Positions 1 to 14,000 of a stretch of 64,000 nt of DNA are shown piece by piece. A model generated the notes under the pieces. The model was not told the origin of the DNA. It saw only the letters and a list, made by a program, of their open reading frames with translations, and did no database searches. The stretch is taken from NCBI RefSeq assembly GCF_030028105.1, contig NC_092385.1:24890774-24954773 (forward strand), in the 5' to 3' direction. This DNA is from Mobula birostris (taxonomy: Eukaryota). A program made the translations under genes and the position numbers. The stretch's first letter is position 1; every line of letters begins with the position of its first letter.

Positions 1-249
1 AAGAGGGAGAGAATCTCTCTGGTGCTACATCAGAGGATCTGTTAAGAGGACAACCCCAACACCCCTCAAGAAAATCAGTTCCATTAAAGATACAGTCAAA
101 GGAGGATGAGAGCAATGCTGGTAAAATGTCAATGTTCTCTACATTACAACAATAATCACATTTCAAAATTATTCAATTGCTGTAAAGCATTGTGCAATGT
201 CAAGAACTTTGAAATGTGCTACTTAAATACTAAACTCTTTTTATGGTCA

Positions 250-1235
250 ATTGGAATTATCAACAAGAAGAGAAATAGGTTGGCGTAACAATAACCATGC
301 ACTCGACGTCAGCAGATCCAAGGAACTGACTATGGACTTTAGGAGAAGGAAGTCAGGTAATCTAGCACCAATCCTCTTTGAAGGGTCTGTAGTGGAAAGG
401 GTGAGCAACTGTAAATTCCAAGGTCTCAGCATCTCATAGGATGCAGGACCTATCGTGGGCCCAACACATGGATGCAACAATGAGGCTGTGCACTAGTGCT
501 TCCACTTTTTTTGATGTTTAGGGAGGTTCAGCATGTCACTGAAGACTTCTGCAGGTATAGAATGGAAAGCATTCTGAGTGCTAGCATCATGGCCTGGCGT
601 AGGAACTCCGAGGTACAGGAATGCAAGAGACAGCAGAGAATTCAGCCAGTTCCATCACAGATACAGCTCTCCCCATCATCAAGGACATCTATAAGAGGCC
701 ATGTCTTAGGAAGGAAACATCCATCTTTAAGGACCTCCACCATTCCCTCTACTCATTGTTGACTTCGGGCTGGAGGTAGAGGAGTCTGAAGACCCATACC
801 TCTTGGTTCAACAACAATTTCTCCCCCACTCCCACCAAGTTCTTGAACCAATCTAAAAACCCTTAATTCTGCTTGCATATTTCACTGAACTTGCATTGTT
901 TACTGTGCATCTGTAGGTCATGAGTACAGATGTGCAATGTCTAGCTCTTCTCAGCCTCCTCAGAAAGCAGAGGCATTGGTGAGCTCTCTCGATTAGGTAA
1001 AACGCAATCCGGGAGCATGAGAGGTTGTGTATGATGTCCATTCCCGGGAGATTGAAACTGCTCGCAGTTTCCACTGCTGTGCCGCCAATGTGAAGAGGGG
1101 TGTGAGTGTTGCAATTTCTCCTGAAGTCGATACATCTCTTTTGTCTTGTTGGCAATGAGGAAGAGGTTATTTTCCTGGCACTGGGGCTCAAGCTCTTCCA
1201 CCTCCTCTCTGTAGGCTGCATCATCGTTGTTGATG
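250..1235. mobile_element. Decayed Rex1/Babar-like LINE RT 3' fragments (250-850 plus, 853-1235 minus)
   Basis: Peptides LDVSRSKELTMDFRRR, VERVSNCKFQG, KAHQ/FLRRLRRA, YRCTV typical of this RT C-terminus. Confidence 0.6.
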
Positions 1236-1821
1236 ATGATGTTTATGTTTTTTTGTTCGTTCTGTCATGTAAGTTGTGCATAATTTATGTTAATTTATTC
1301 TTGTAATTATGCTGCTGCAGGAAGCTAGTTTGCAGGCAAATATACCCATAACAATAAAGCGTACATTATTCTACATTATTGCTGTACGAACTGCCGCTCT
1401 ATTAATCACAAAACACATACCTCTCACAACAACGTATATCCACACTGCCATCATCAGATCATGATTTATTAAATATCCTTCTTATTCTTCTCATGCCTTA
1501 GCACCATACCAGACTTCATTTACCTAGACAACCTTTCTGCATTCCACCATGCAAACCACATTCCTCGTGTCAGTTACATTATGCTAAATGTAATCAGTCC
1601 AAGCAACTGAGGTGATTAAAAAATTAAAACAGATTCTGTAACTAGAGAAGATCCATGGTATGATGCAATGGAGACAAATATTATTAGGTTACCTTAAAAA
1701 AACTAGACTATACTAAAAGATTTAGTAAGCCATTTTCTCTTTCCTGTGATTAAATGGAAATGTCTAAGAACTGAACCAACAGATATCAGAGGAAACTACA
1801 ATAAACTTGAGCAATGGTTAC

Positions 1822-2017
1822 CTGATTACCTATCAGCACATTAGCTGTGGAGTAGAAACAGTCCATTTTTTCAGGTTTAATATTCTTTATTTGCTCTTTG
1901 TCGGTTAGCAGACTGAGAACTTTAGGGTACCACGTGGTCATTATTTTTTTCTCCATTTTGCCATGCTCTATCACTACATTATTCTTAAAGGATTCACATT
2001 CAATTGGTCCTTTGCAT
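1822..2017 (-). CDS. DNAH12: DNAH12 coding exon 7 (CKGPIECESFK...ANVLIGNQ)
   Basis: tttag|A TGC...AAT CAG|gtaacc; 196 nt, phase 2 to 0. Confidence 0.9.
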
Positions 2018-5000
2018 CTAAATCAATAATCAAAACATCAAAGTACAGCTGTCAAAGTCACAAAACCACAAACACATTATAGTAGAATTACAGTACAATA
2101 TTATTGGTGCTCATTAACCTTTTAATGCTAAGTTTATAAATGTCATTATCATAGTTTACACAGTACAGTAACAGGTCTTTCAACACAACTAGTCCATGTC
2201 AACCAAGTTACCCACCTGAACTAGTTCTATTTGCCTACACTTAGCCCGTATCCTTTTTTATCTACGTCCCTGTCTAAATGTACTTTAAATGTTGTCGTTA
2301 CATATGCCCCTACCACTTCACTTCATTTACCCACTAGAACTCCTAGACTATCCAGTCTCTCTTTATAACTCAAGCCCTTCAATCCCAGTAACATTTGTAA
2401 CATCTTGTGAAATGTTTCTGCACTCTTCCCAGTTTAATTAGATTAGATTAGATTATAGATTCAATTTTATTGTCATTGTGCCAAGTACAGATACAAAGCC
2501 AATGAAATGCATTTAGCACCTGACCAGAAATGCAAAGAATAGTGTTATTTACAAAATAACTGTGAATAAAAAAAGTGCTACAGCATACAAATATAAAAGT
2601 ACTGAGACAGTACAATATGGGTGCAATACTGCTTAGCGCTGTGATGAGAGGTTCAGCAGTGTCACAGCCTCAGGGAAGAAGCTCTTCTTGTGCCTGCTGG
2701 TGCAGGAGCGGAGGCTCCTGTAGCGCCTACCGGATGGGAGGAGAGTGAAAGGTCCATGGTTAGGGTGAGATGCATCCCTGATAATGGCATCCGTCTTGTA
2801 GCTAGGTGACCACAACTGCATGCAGTACCCAAAGTGTAGAATCAGCTGTAACATTGTAGGGTCGGCACAACATTGTGGGCCGAAGGGCCTGTACTGTGCT
2901 GTACTGTTCTATGTTCTCTGTTCTATGATGACCCAACTCTTGTACTTAATGCATTGACCAATGAAGGCAAGAGTGCCAAACATCTTCATCACCCTGTCTC
3001 TGTGTGTTGCCAATGTCAGAGAACTTTGTACTTTACCCTTGGGTCACTCAGTCCTACAACGCTTTCTGGGGATTATAGTATCATCCACAAAGTTACTAAC
3101 CATGTCATCTACATTCTCACCCAAATCATTAGTATAAGTAACAAACAAAAGGGACCCAGCACAGATTATTGTGGCACACCACAGATTACAAGCTTCCAAT
3201 CTAAAGAAAATTTCTCTATTATCACCCTCTAACTCCTACCACCTAGGCAATTTTGTATCCTATTGGCTAGCTCAACCTCGATCCCACACGATCTAAATTT
3301 CTGAACTGGCTGAACCTTGTCAAATGCCTTGCTAAAGTCCATGTAAACAGCATCTGCTAGCCTGCCTCCACAATCCTTTTGGTCACCTCTTTAAAAAAAC
3401 TCCGTCAAATTAGTGGGACATAATTGTCCACAATTCAAAGCCATTCTCACTATCCCTAATCATTCCTCATCTTTCCAAACACAGATAGGTCCTGTCACTC
3501 AGAATCCCTTCCAGTAACTTTCTCACCACTGATCCACTGATGCCAGGTTCACTAACCTATAGTTCCCCGGCTCACCAGTCTGTAGTTCAATGAAATGAAA
3601 TTTTAAAATGCCCTATTTTTGCATCATAAGTTGCCTTTTCATACCTACAATCTGACAGATCCAGAAGGAGCAGCTTGGAAAAAGTAAGATAACCTAAATC
3701 CAAAACTGCTTGCAGGACCGGGTGAAGGATGTAGAGATTTGTTTTGATCTCCTGTCTAGCTTTTACAAAACTCTCATGCCAAGGATTAGAGAAGTCCAAA
3801 CCTCTAGATAACAGAGAACAAAATACATAAATAAATTTTAGTTTAAATGAAATAAAATGCTACACATATAAAATATACAGTTAAAAATCTCAGTACAAAA
3901 TTTTCAAACCATAAGGACTAATTTTCTATTTGCCATCACTACTAATGCCAGAAAATTTGGATAAGCAGGGATTGGAAATATTGGTAGCAGGGGAATAAAA
4001 ACTACTACCAGTGAGAATGAGGCAAGTAAATTTATAAATTTAATCTGCTATATGGCAAGCCGATGTTTCTTGAAACTTTTAAGTCAAAACCTGATTAATT
4101 ATGCATTCAGTATTTGCAGCCAATTTTTCTTCTCAGTACGTGGCTGGAAATATTATCTCACAGACTGCCTTGGATTAGAAGAGTCTCAACTTTTTCTCAG
4201 AAAAGTGCAATCAAATTCAGATTTACTCTGCTATGTAAGAATATTAAAGGATCTTTGTCATAAACATTCAAAAAATTTTAATCAATTTCATGGACAGAGC
4301 TTGTTCTAGATCCCACATGTAATGAGATCACCCACCAAAGAGTTTGCACTGAGAACCTCATAATTTTCTTGACTTTCAAGTTCTTTAATCATATGAAGAT
4401 AAAGATTGGAGCTCATTTTACCCATGCAATTTTTGGCTTTGCTGATTGTGAGGGACCACTTGCTGTCTCTTAGGTTCAGTATCAGTGCAATTCTGCTCAG
4501 CTGGGGAAAGTTAGCATTGTAGTGACACAGTTGTGCTTCCTTCTCCAGCCCAACAATTTTATAATATATGTATTGCAAATTTGTTGTATTTCTTGTGCTA
4601 TGCTGGTGAGTAGATTCCAGCTGTAAATGTTTCTTTTACACCTGGAAGTCTATGTGGAGTATTTGATGTGAAAAGGTGTTCATGAATTCACAAAGTTAAA
4701 TGACTGAATTAATGAATCTTGAATCTATATGAAATAAGTATTTTGGTAGCTGACTGCATCAGCACTTTATACTCACGTTGGCTCCTGTGGAAGAGGTTCT
4801 GAATCTTCATACTCCAGGCCTTTCACTTCTGGCTTTACAAGAACACTTTTCACTAGAATGTATGAAATGGATAATAAGTAGATGTATTTGTTGTTAATTC
4901 CTTAACTTTTAAAGTTAGCAACTATGTAAAGTATGGCTTTTCCTTTATTTTCAGTGCAGACCGATTCATATTACAGATGAATAGAACACACAGAGCTTAT

Positions 5001-8000
5001 TACAATACCTTTATAATATAAATACCAAATCAAAGACAGGCAACTACTACTGGATAGAGAGGAACAATTATTTCCTTCTCAGGAAAGTGAAGCAACAAAA
5101 ACATCTTTAAGATTTATTAGTAGATTCTATTGCGTTATCTTGTGTTACATACTGTAGCGTTTTAGAAATAAACCAGCAGCAAGAAATTTCACACTGAGTC
5201 GGATTTTAATGTTAAAACCATTATCTTTATTAGTATCTACTTATAATATAGTAACAACCAAGATAAACAAATGTTAACAGTGTTATGCGTATGTATGTGT
5301 GTAATATAGCTCCCAAACTAAGTTAAGCTTGGGGAAACAAAGCTTAGAGTCTTGAGATGGTAAAGTAGGAAAGTTCAGTTCATCCACGGAAGGAATGACG
5401 GGAGAGAGATATTTGTAATCCAGGGTGAAATGTAGAGAGAAGGCAATTACGTCGAATTCCACAGGTTACACGATGGTAATTAATAAATATCAGTTGTCGA
5501 AGATCCTCCGTCGAGCCGTTCCAAATCCACGTACGAATTACCATCAGAGTGATTTGTCACAGGGATGTTGTCTTCAAAGGGGTTGCCACATAACATACCC
5601 AGGCAAGGGTTAACTTCGAGCGGTCCCACAGGACATTCCTTAATCCACTCCAATACGAAGTGACAGCCACACATTCGATGTGCACTGGATCGATAATCAA
5701 CCCACCCTTGTGGGTATAGCAGAACTTCAAACCCCAGCTTCGACGAGCTGGAGCAGCTACTCTTTTCCAGGTTGTTTTTTTTTCTCTTCTTCTTCTTCCT
5801 CCTTCTCTCTCTCTCTCTCTCTCTCACCTGACCTGACCTGACCGTGACTGTCAGTGTCCTTGTTTTTAAAGGTAAACAAGCTGCGAGTCAGTCAGTGGAC
5901 AATATCATAGTCCTGCCTCACTGAAGCGCTCTTTTCAAGTGATGGTCCACAGCAAACGAAACCTGCGGGTTTGTAACACTTGTTACAGTGAGCATTTAGA
6001 TATACACTTGTTGCATAAACATGAAATTTAATAGTAATCAGAATAACAATGTAGTGTTGTTAAGTTTTCCACACTCAGAATTATACTTACCCTGAAATCA
6101 AAGGAAAGCAGGTTACAGAGGTAATATTTTCAATGTTTCAACTCCACCATCAACAATAAATTAATTAAAATTAAAATTATCCAAAGTCCAATTGACAAAA
6201 ATAAGAGTAATTTTGCTTAAAATATAGATCAAATGAATGAATAAATAGACCATAACCAAGCATGGGCATCATGGACAGGTTAATGCTCCACAAACTTGCA
6301 GTAATAATTTAAATAGTACAGTTCCACCCTCAGACAAATTTCACACCATCCCAGTCTCAAAAAGGCAACCTGTTATGTTTTGTAACTCCAAAACATGAAA
6401 CTAATTGAAAGAAAAACACAGAGAGACCAAGACAAACATGTATTTTTTGTTTTTACTTATTGCAAGACACACACTTATAATAATGCATGTCATTCACATA
6501 CTTTTACATATAAACTGTAATGAATTATGTAAAGAAAGAATGCTTAATCAAACAATACATTTACAATATTACTCAAATTTTCCTGAAATATTAAATACAC
6601 AACACTCCTCTCTGCTTAGCTAGAATCTCCAACTCAATATAGAATGCATCTCAACACACATATATATATATATAATATACAGTACATATATATTCTGAAT
6701 ATTACATAATACAACTAGTACATAGACATCCACAGCATAGTAAATTTTAAATTATTCCATTCAGGCCTAATGATTTAATCATAGTACAGGATTTCTTACT
6801 CTTGTGGGATAACTTCTTTGCTGGCGGGGGCTGGCAGGGGGGGTCACTCTGCTTGGCAGGTGAGATTTGTGGCTGTAAAACAATCTTAGATTCTGCGGCC
6901 TCCTCCATGGTGTTTGTAGGAGTTGACTCAGGAACTGCAGGAAGTGGTTCTGACAGCTTGGACACCTTTCTTCTCTAACAATTGCCTCTGCTCTCCTCAA
7001 CTGATTGAGCAGATGCAATCTGCACAGTGTAGGAGAGTGGTCCAGTTCTGTTCTAAATTTTTCCAAGTACTGTACCCACTTTTGATCCCCTCTGTAGTCC
7101 CTCATCAGGTCTGCTTGTCCAGGAGTGAAACCGAACCTCCGTGTTTGAGGAGCCCTCAAGTTGTCTCAGCTGTTTGGCCTGCGTACTCTGTCAGAGATTG
7201 GATTTGAGAGATCCAATTGTGAGTGCAAGGGACGACCTAGGAACAGCATAGCCAGTGAATTCTATAAAATCCTAAAGGGATTGGACAGGCTAGATGCAGG
7301 AAGATTGTTCCCGATGTTGGGGAAGTCCAGAACAAGGGGTCACAGTTTGAGGATAAAGGGGAAGCTTTTAGGACTGAGATGAGGAAAAACTTCTTCACAC
7401 AGAGAGTGGTGAATCTGTGGAATTCTCTGCCACAGGAAACAGTTGAGGCCAGTTCATTGGCTATATTTAAGAGGGAATTAGATATGGCCCTTGTGGCTAA
7501 AGGGATCAGGGGGTATGGAGATAAGACAGGTACAGGGTTCTGAGTTGGATGATCAGCTATGATCGTACTGAATGGCGGTGCAGGCTCGAAGGGCCGAATG
7601 GCCTACTCCCGCACCTATTTTCTATGTTTCTATGAATTGTTGGTTGTGGAGTGTGCTGTATTGTGATATGCAAGGAGGAAATTGGTGAGTTTCTGACTCA
7701 GTGTCAGTGTTGTGCGTTCTGCTGACATGACTTGCAGTGTATTCTTTAGACGCAACTAACTGTGGTCCATTGTCAATGACTAAGTGTCCTGGAACGCCAG
7801 TCCTTGAGAAGATGCTTCTCAACACATCAACAGTGTGCGAGGCTGTAGTGGAGGCTATTGGGAACACTTCTGGCCACTCTGCAGCTGCATCCATTACCAC
7901 CAATAAATTTGTGCCCATGAATGGTCAGACAAAATCTACATGAATCTTCAGTCAAGGCAATGCAGGCAATTTCCAGGGATGGAGAGGCACTACTCTTGGC

Positions 8001-11000
8001 ATCTTATGGAGGTGTTGGCATCCTGAACAGTACTTGGTGAGCTATTCGGTCTGCTGAGCTATCCCTGGTCACCAGACAAAGCTTCAAGCCAATGCTTTCA
8101 TTTTGATCATGCCTTGATGATCTGCACGCAGCTCCTCCAACACTTTAGCTCTTGGTTTGGATGGTACAGCAACTCTCAATCCCCACATAAGGCAACCTCC
8201 GTCAAGGGCAAGTTCATCCTGGCGCTGGTTCAAATAGGGAAACTGGAGTTTCTGCTGCACAGCCAGACATTTTGAGTGGCCATACAGATTTGAGACAGTG
8301 TGGGGTCTATACTGGTTTTCCTTTGGATCATCTCTGACATAAGAGGGAGACTTTCAATTTGTGTTAAGGCAAATACATCAAGAGGAGTGTCCGCTTCTGT
8401 AAATGGTTCAGGTATTTCCTTTTCCAATGGTAAATGTGACAATACATCAGCATTTCCATGAATAGACAACCTCTTGAATTTGATCTTGTAATTGTATCCT
8501 CCAAGAAACAGCCCATCTCTGCATTTGTGCTGCTGCTGTTAGTGGAACACCCTTCTGTGGTTTGAAAATGGACACTCCTGGTTAATGATCAGTAATGAGG
8601 GCAAACTCTCTCCTGTACAAGTATTGCTTGAAACATTTTACACCCCAAACCAGGCTCGAGGCCTTTTTGTTTGTGAATCTGTGCGTAATTTTGCTCTGCA
8701 GTAAGGGAACATGATGCAAAGATTATGAGGCATTCACTTCCATCACTCATAACATATGTCACAACTGCACCTATACCATAAGGTGAGGTGTTACAAGCAA
8801 GCTTCACTGGATGATGTGGACAATAGTGTGTGAGTACAGTGTCTGGCGTCACCATTTCCTTTACCTTTTTGAAAGCCATCTCGTACTGCTTTGTCCATTG
8901 CCATTTCTTCCCGATCTGCAGTAATGATATTGCAGCACAATAGCCTGGTTTGGCAGGAACCTGTTATAGTAATTGACAGATTCTAAAAAGAACTACAACT
9001 GTGACATTCCCTTTGGCCTTGGGGCATCCATCACAGCTTGAATTTTCTCAGCACACATGTAGTTCTTGTGTGTTAATGGTGTGGCCACAATAAGTGATGC
9101 TTTGTTTAAATGATTTACACTTTTTGTGTTGTGCACTGAGCTCGTAATCTTCTAATCGTTTTAACACTGTCTTGAGATTGAGGAGATGTTCACAGTCATC
9201 CTTACTAGTAACAATGATGTGGTCCAGTTAACACTGAGTACCCGAGCAGCATTGCAGCCCCTGATCCATAGCTTTCCGCCAGAGTGGCGCAGATGCTCCT
9301 TTAAAAATAATCTTATTATAATGATAAAGCCTTTCATGAGTGCTTATGGTGAGAAACACATTGGATTCTCCTTCCATCTCCAACTGTATATAGCCCTCAG
9401 CTAAGTCCACTTTGCTGGAGTGTTTTCCTCCGGAAAGGTTTGCAAAGATATCCTCCATCCTGGACAGAGGATATTGATCTACCTTCAGTACAGAGTGGAT
9501 GGTGACCTTAAAATCACCACAGACCCTGACAGACCTGTTCATCTTGTCTACTGGGACCACTGGTGTTGTCCGTAGACCCCACTCAACTTGGACAGAATTC
9601 CTTCAGCCTCCATGCAATCTAGTTCGCTGGCTACTTTATCATGGATGGTATAAGGAATCCAAAGGGCTTTGTAAAACTTAGGTGTGGCATTTTCATTTGA
9701 TACTATTTTACCCTTGATATGTTTGAGTTTTTCAATGACATCCTTGAACACTACTGTGGCCTAATCCTGCACCCTCCGTTAGTCACCTTCAGTTGACTCT
9801 GTTGCAGGGATATGGCATGAAAATAGTGGGTAGATCTCAAATCAAGTTGTAGATGTCCCAGCCAATTACATTGCCACAATGAAGATCCCTTGGTTCCTCC
9901 ACACTGCCTTGAATCCTGTCATTAACCTCGTTCTCCACCTTCAACTTCAATTTTCTGTGAATAATGTATAAGGACTTCCAAATCCTATTTCAAAGTAGTG
10001 CAAATTTTCACTGGTTATGTAATGTTTCTTTTCTATTTTCCTGACAATATGGGGGGGGGGGGGAATCATATTTTCTCACATGGACAATCCAGGACAGAGT
10101 TCCCAAACTGGAAACCAGGGATGAACCAGGAGGTCCATTCCATACCAAAGTCTCGGACTGTAGCAATCAAATCAGGTGACTTTGCATGAAATTGGGATAC
10201 TGTACAAATCCATAAAGCTATTAGGGGTGTCAAAAGACAAAACCAGAACATAACAGAGTCCCAGGCCAGCTTTCAGTTGTGGCAGGGTTTACATGCTGTA
10301 ACAGACAAAACAAAATCAGGCAGCATTGCTGACAACAGTGTATTCCATCTCAATGAGGTTAATGCACATTTTGAACGGAAGGGGATTAGAATATCACCAT
10401 CCACGCCAACAGCCTCAAATGCATCTGAACCCACAGTCACCATAACGGGCAAAAGATCGTTTTCCAGAATATGTGCCTGCAAAAAGCTACCAGTCCAGAT
10501 CGAGTCCCTGGCTCTGTTGTTAGCTCCTGGACAGATCAGCTGTTGGGGGAATTTGCAGAAATTTTTAGTCTCTCTGCGCTTCAATCTGAGGTTCCCAACT
10601 GATTTAAGAAGGCTACTGTCATCCCAGTAGCTAAGAAAAACAGGGTAATGCACCTTAATGACTACTGCCTCGTGGCTCTGACATCCACCATCATGAAGTA
10701 GAGGCTGGCCTTGACACACATTAACACTAGCCTCGACCCATTGCAATTCAGCTACTGCTGAAACAGGTCTGCAGCAGAAACCATCTCCCTGGCCCTACAC
10801 TCGTCTCTGAAGCAAATAGGTATGTAAGACTTCTGCACCAGCAATAGATGCCACCTGGCATGCTGAGTTCCTCAGCATTTTGTGTGCATTGTTTGGATTT
10901 CCAGCATCTGCAGATTTTCTCTTGTTTATGTTAGACTATTGTTTAATGACCATAGCTCCACATCAATACTACAATTCTAAGCAAACTCATCACCAGCTTC

Positions 11001-14000
11001 CTAAACCTGGGACTCAACACTTCCCTCTACAACTGAATCCTTAATTTCCTGACCAACGAACTGCAATCAGTAACGATGAGCAGCAACACTCCTCTACCAC
11101 AGTTATCCTCTACCTTGAGGCACCCCACAAGGCTGTATCCTCAGCCCCCTGCATTACTCCCTGTACACGCACGATTCTGTTTTAAATCCATTTACAAGTT
11201 TGCTTATGATACCACTATAGCAGGCCATTTCTCAAATAACCATGAGTCCATGTACAGGAAGGAGATAGAGAGCCGAGTGACATGGTGTCATGTCAACAAA
11301 ATTTCTATCAGAAAAGCTGGTCATTGAGTTTTGGCAGGGTGTAGTGTTTGTGCACTCTTTACTTCCTAAGGGGACAAAGGAAACTTGCTAATGTCCCTGT
11401 TCATCCCGACCATGGATACATCGTAGCTTGGGATGGCAACTGCTCTACCCAAGAATGCAAGAAATTGGAGACAGCCCAGTCTATCATTAAAATCAGCCTC
11501 CCCTCAACTGACTCTGTCTACCCTTTTCACAGCCTCAGGAAACGAGCCAACACTCCCAGCCCTGTCATTCTCTCTTCTGCCCTCCTCTATTAGGCAAAAG
11601 CTTAACAAACACCTTCTATCCTGTTGTTATAAGATGAAGTAGATTAAGACATCATGAGTTCATCTTTATCATACAGGAGGATGTCTTGTACAGTAAAGCT
11701 GAACTCTTCATCTCTCAATCTACCATGTCATGGCAACTGAACCTTATTTGTCACCTGCACTGCACTTACTCTATAAATGTAACACTACATTCCGCATTCT
11801 GTTATGAATATTCCCTGTGTAACCCCTCAGCATCCTCATGTTTGGAATGACCCATATGGATGGCACGCGAAACAAGGATTTTACTGTACCTCAGTATGTC
11901 TGACAATAATACTGTAAATCAGTTACTAGCCTGGCAGTTTATCAAGTGCCTTCTAAAAATGTGTTCTTATATCCATTGTACATGCTATTTCTTCAAAGAT
12001 TCTATGTTGATTTGCCTGATTTCCATGAATTATTCTAAGTGTTAATAACTTCTAATATTTTCCCTATGACAGATATTACGCCAACTGGCCTGCAGTACCC
12101 TGCTTTCTGTATTGTAACAAATGCTTTGTATTTGTTTATTGGCAAATTATTGTGAAGAGAATTTTCTTTCCTTATCGATCCATTCCGGAAATGGTGACGC
12201 ATGTTAACATCTACATAACCCTCTATTATTTCTCTCAAGAGGCTTTTCATCACACAATTAGCCATTTCAACACAGAACAAGTAAACATTTTTCACTATCA
12301 AGTACTGTATATATTATAATGAAATAGTCTCACAGTGAATAAGATGATGAAAAACGTACCCAAAAATCTCTTCATGCTATTTTCAAAATCTTTGGTAACT
12401 TCTTCAAACAGTTCGCGAATGATTACCTCCCTCATTTTTCCTTCTCTCAGCGAGAGTGGTACCAGAGTCAAAATTGAGTCCAGCCACTGCTGCTGGATTG
12501 GTACCACAGGGCTGCTCTCCACACATTGCTTCATGAATAAGTAATTTAACTGAAATTGAATAGAACACATCAGGAGATAAACTTCAGAAACACTCATCCT
12601 ACTGACTGTTATTTCTTCAGCCCTCAGTCACAAATTACAAAATAATGCCCTTGAACATTCCATCACAGTAATACCCAAAATCTAATTGTATTTCCTTTTG
12701 CATTTATGTTTGATGTAGTTAATAGTGAATAGAGAAGGAGAAACGGAGCAAAGTCAAAGAACTATGAACAAAAATACATTATTGTTTGTACATGCTTTCA
12801 GTCATACTTGATGCAATCCAGACACGGTAAAATCTTCTTAAGTGAATTTTTTAATCAGGGAAGATCTTAATCAGCTAGATAAGGCCCAAGGATTTGCAAA
12901 TAACTTTCAATTCAGTTAAGTGTAAAATGCTGCACTTTTGGAAGTCAAACCAGGGTAGAACTTAGTAAATGGTTGGTCCCTAGGGGATGTTGCAGACATC
13001 CCACCCTGCAAAAACTCATTTCAGGGAGGTAGCACCATCAATTTGTGGGAGACTTCCAGGAGAGGTGTGATGTCTGCAATAGAGTACCTCTTTAGCAGCT
13101 AGCCAGCTAGTTTAAATAACAATAGCTCTGCTAATGAACGAATGACACCTGTTAAACTCACCTCAACATGTCTTTTACAGTCTTAACCCACCATGGGCAA
13201 TAGAAAAGTCACTGTTGCAAACAGTGCAGTGAGCAACACTGTCATTATTTTGAGCCCTATAAGGCAGGGGTACACTTTAGTGTTGTCTGGGGTGACGTAC
13301 GTTTTATATTTTCTTTTATTGGAACACTCTGCTACTCTGACTTTTTTTGGAACTCTCTCACTCTCTCTCTCGTTCGTGGTCACTCGCACTCGCTCTCTCA
13401 CTCTTGTTCTCGCTCTCTCGTGGTCTCTCACTTGTGCTCGCTCTCTCGCTCTTGCTCTCTCTCTCTCTCTCTCTCGCAGTCGCTCTCACTCATGCTCGCT
13501 CTCTCGCTCTTGCTTTCTCGCTCTCTCTCTTGCAGTCGTTCTCACTCGTGCTCTCGCTCTCTCTCTCGCGGTCGCTCTCACTCACACTCGCTCTCTCGCT
13601 CTCACTCGCGCTTGCTTTCTTGCTCTTGCGTTTGCTCTCTCACTCTTTCTCGCGCGTTCTCTCACGCTCGCTCTCAAAAAAAATCAGTTTCCGGGACATC
13701 GTATATAATTTGCGGCATCAGGGAGCCACTATTAATATGCGGGAGACTCTCAGAAGTTCCGGGAGAGGTGGGATGTCTGATGTTGTGGAACAGAGGGTTC
13801 TAGGAGTACAAGTAAACAGTTCACTGACAGGAGTATCACAGATACACAGGGCAGTGGACGAGGCATTTGACATGCTGACCTTCATCATTGAGTACACAGT
13901 CATGCCTATGATTCACTGTTACTTTTGTTCTGCAGTTTACACAAATCTTTACTTTGGAAATCACTTGTTAGAACTTACCCTTCGCTGCTTTTGCTCACTG

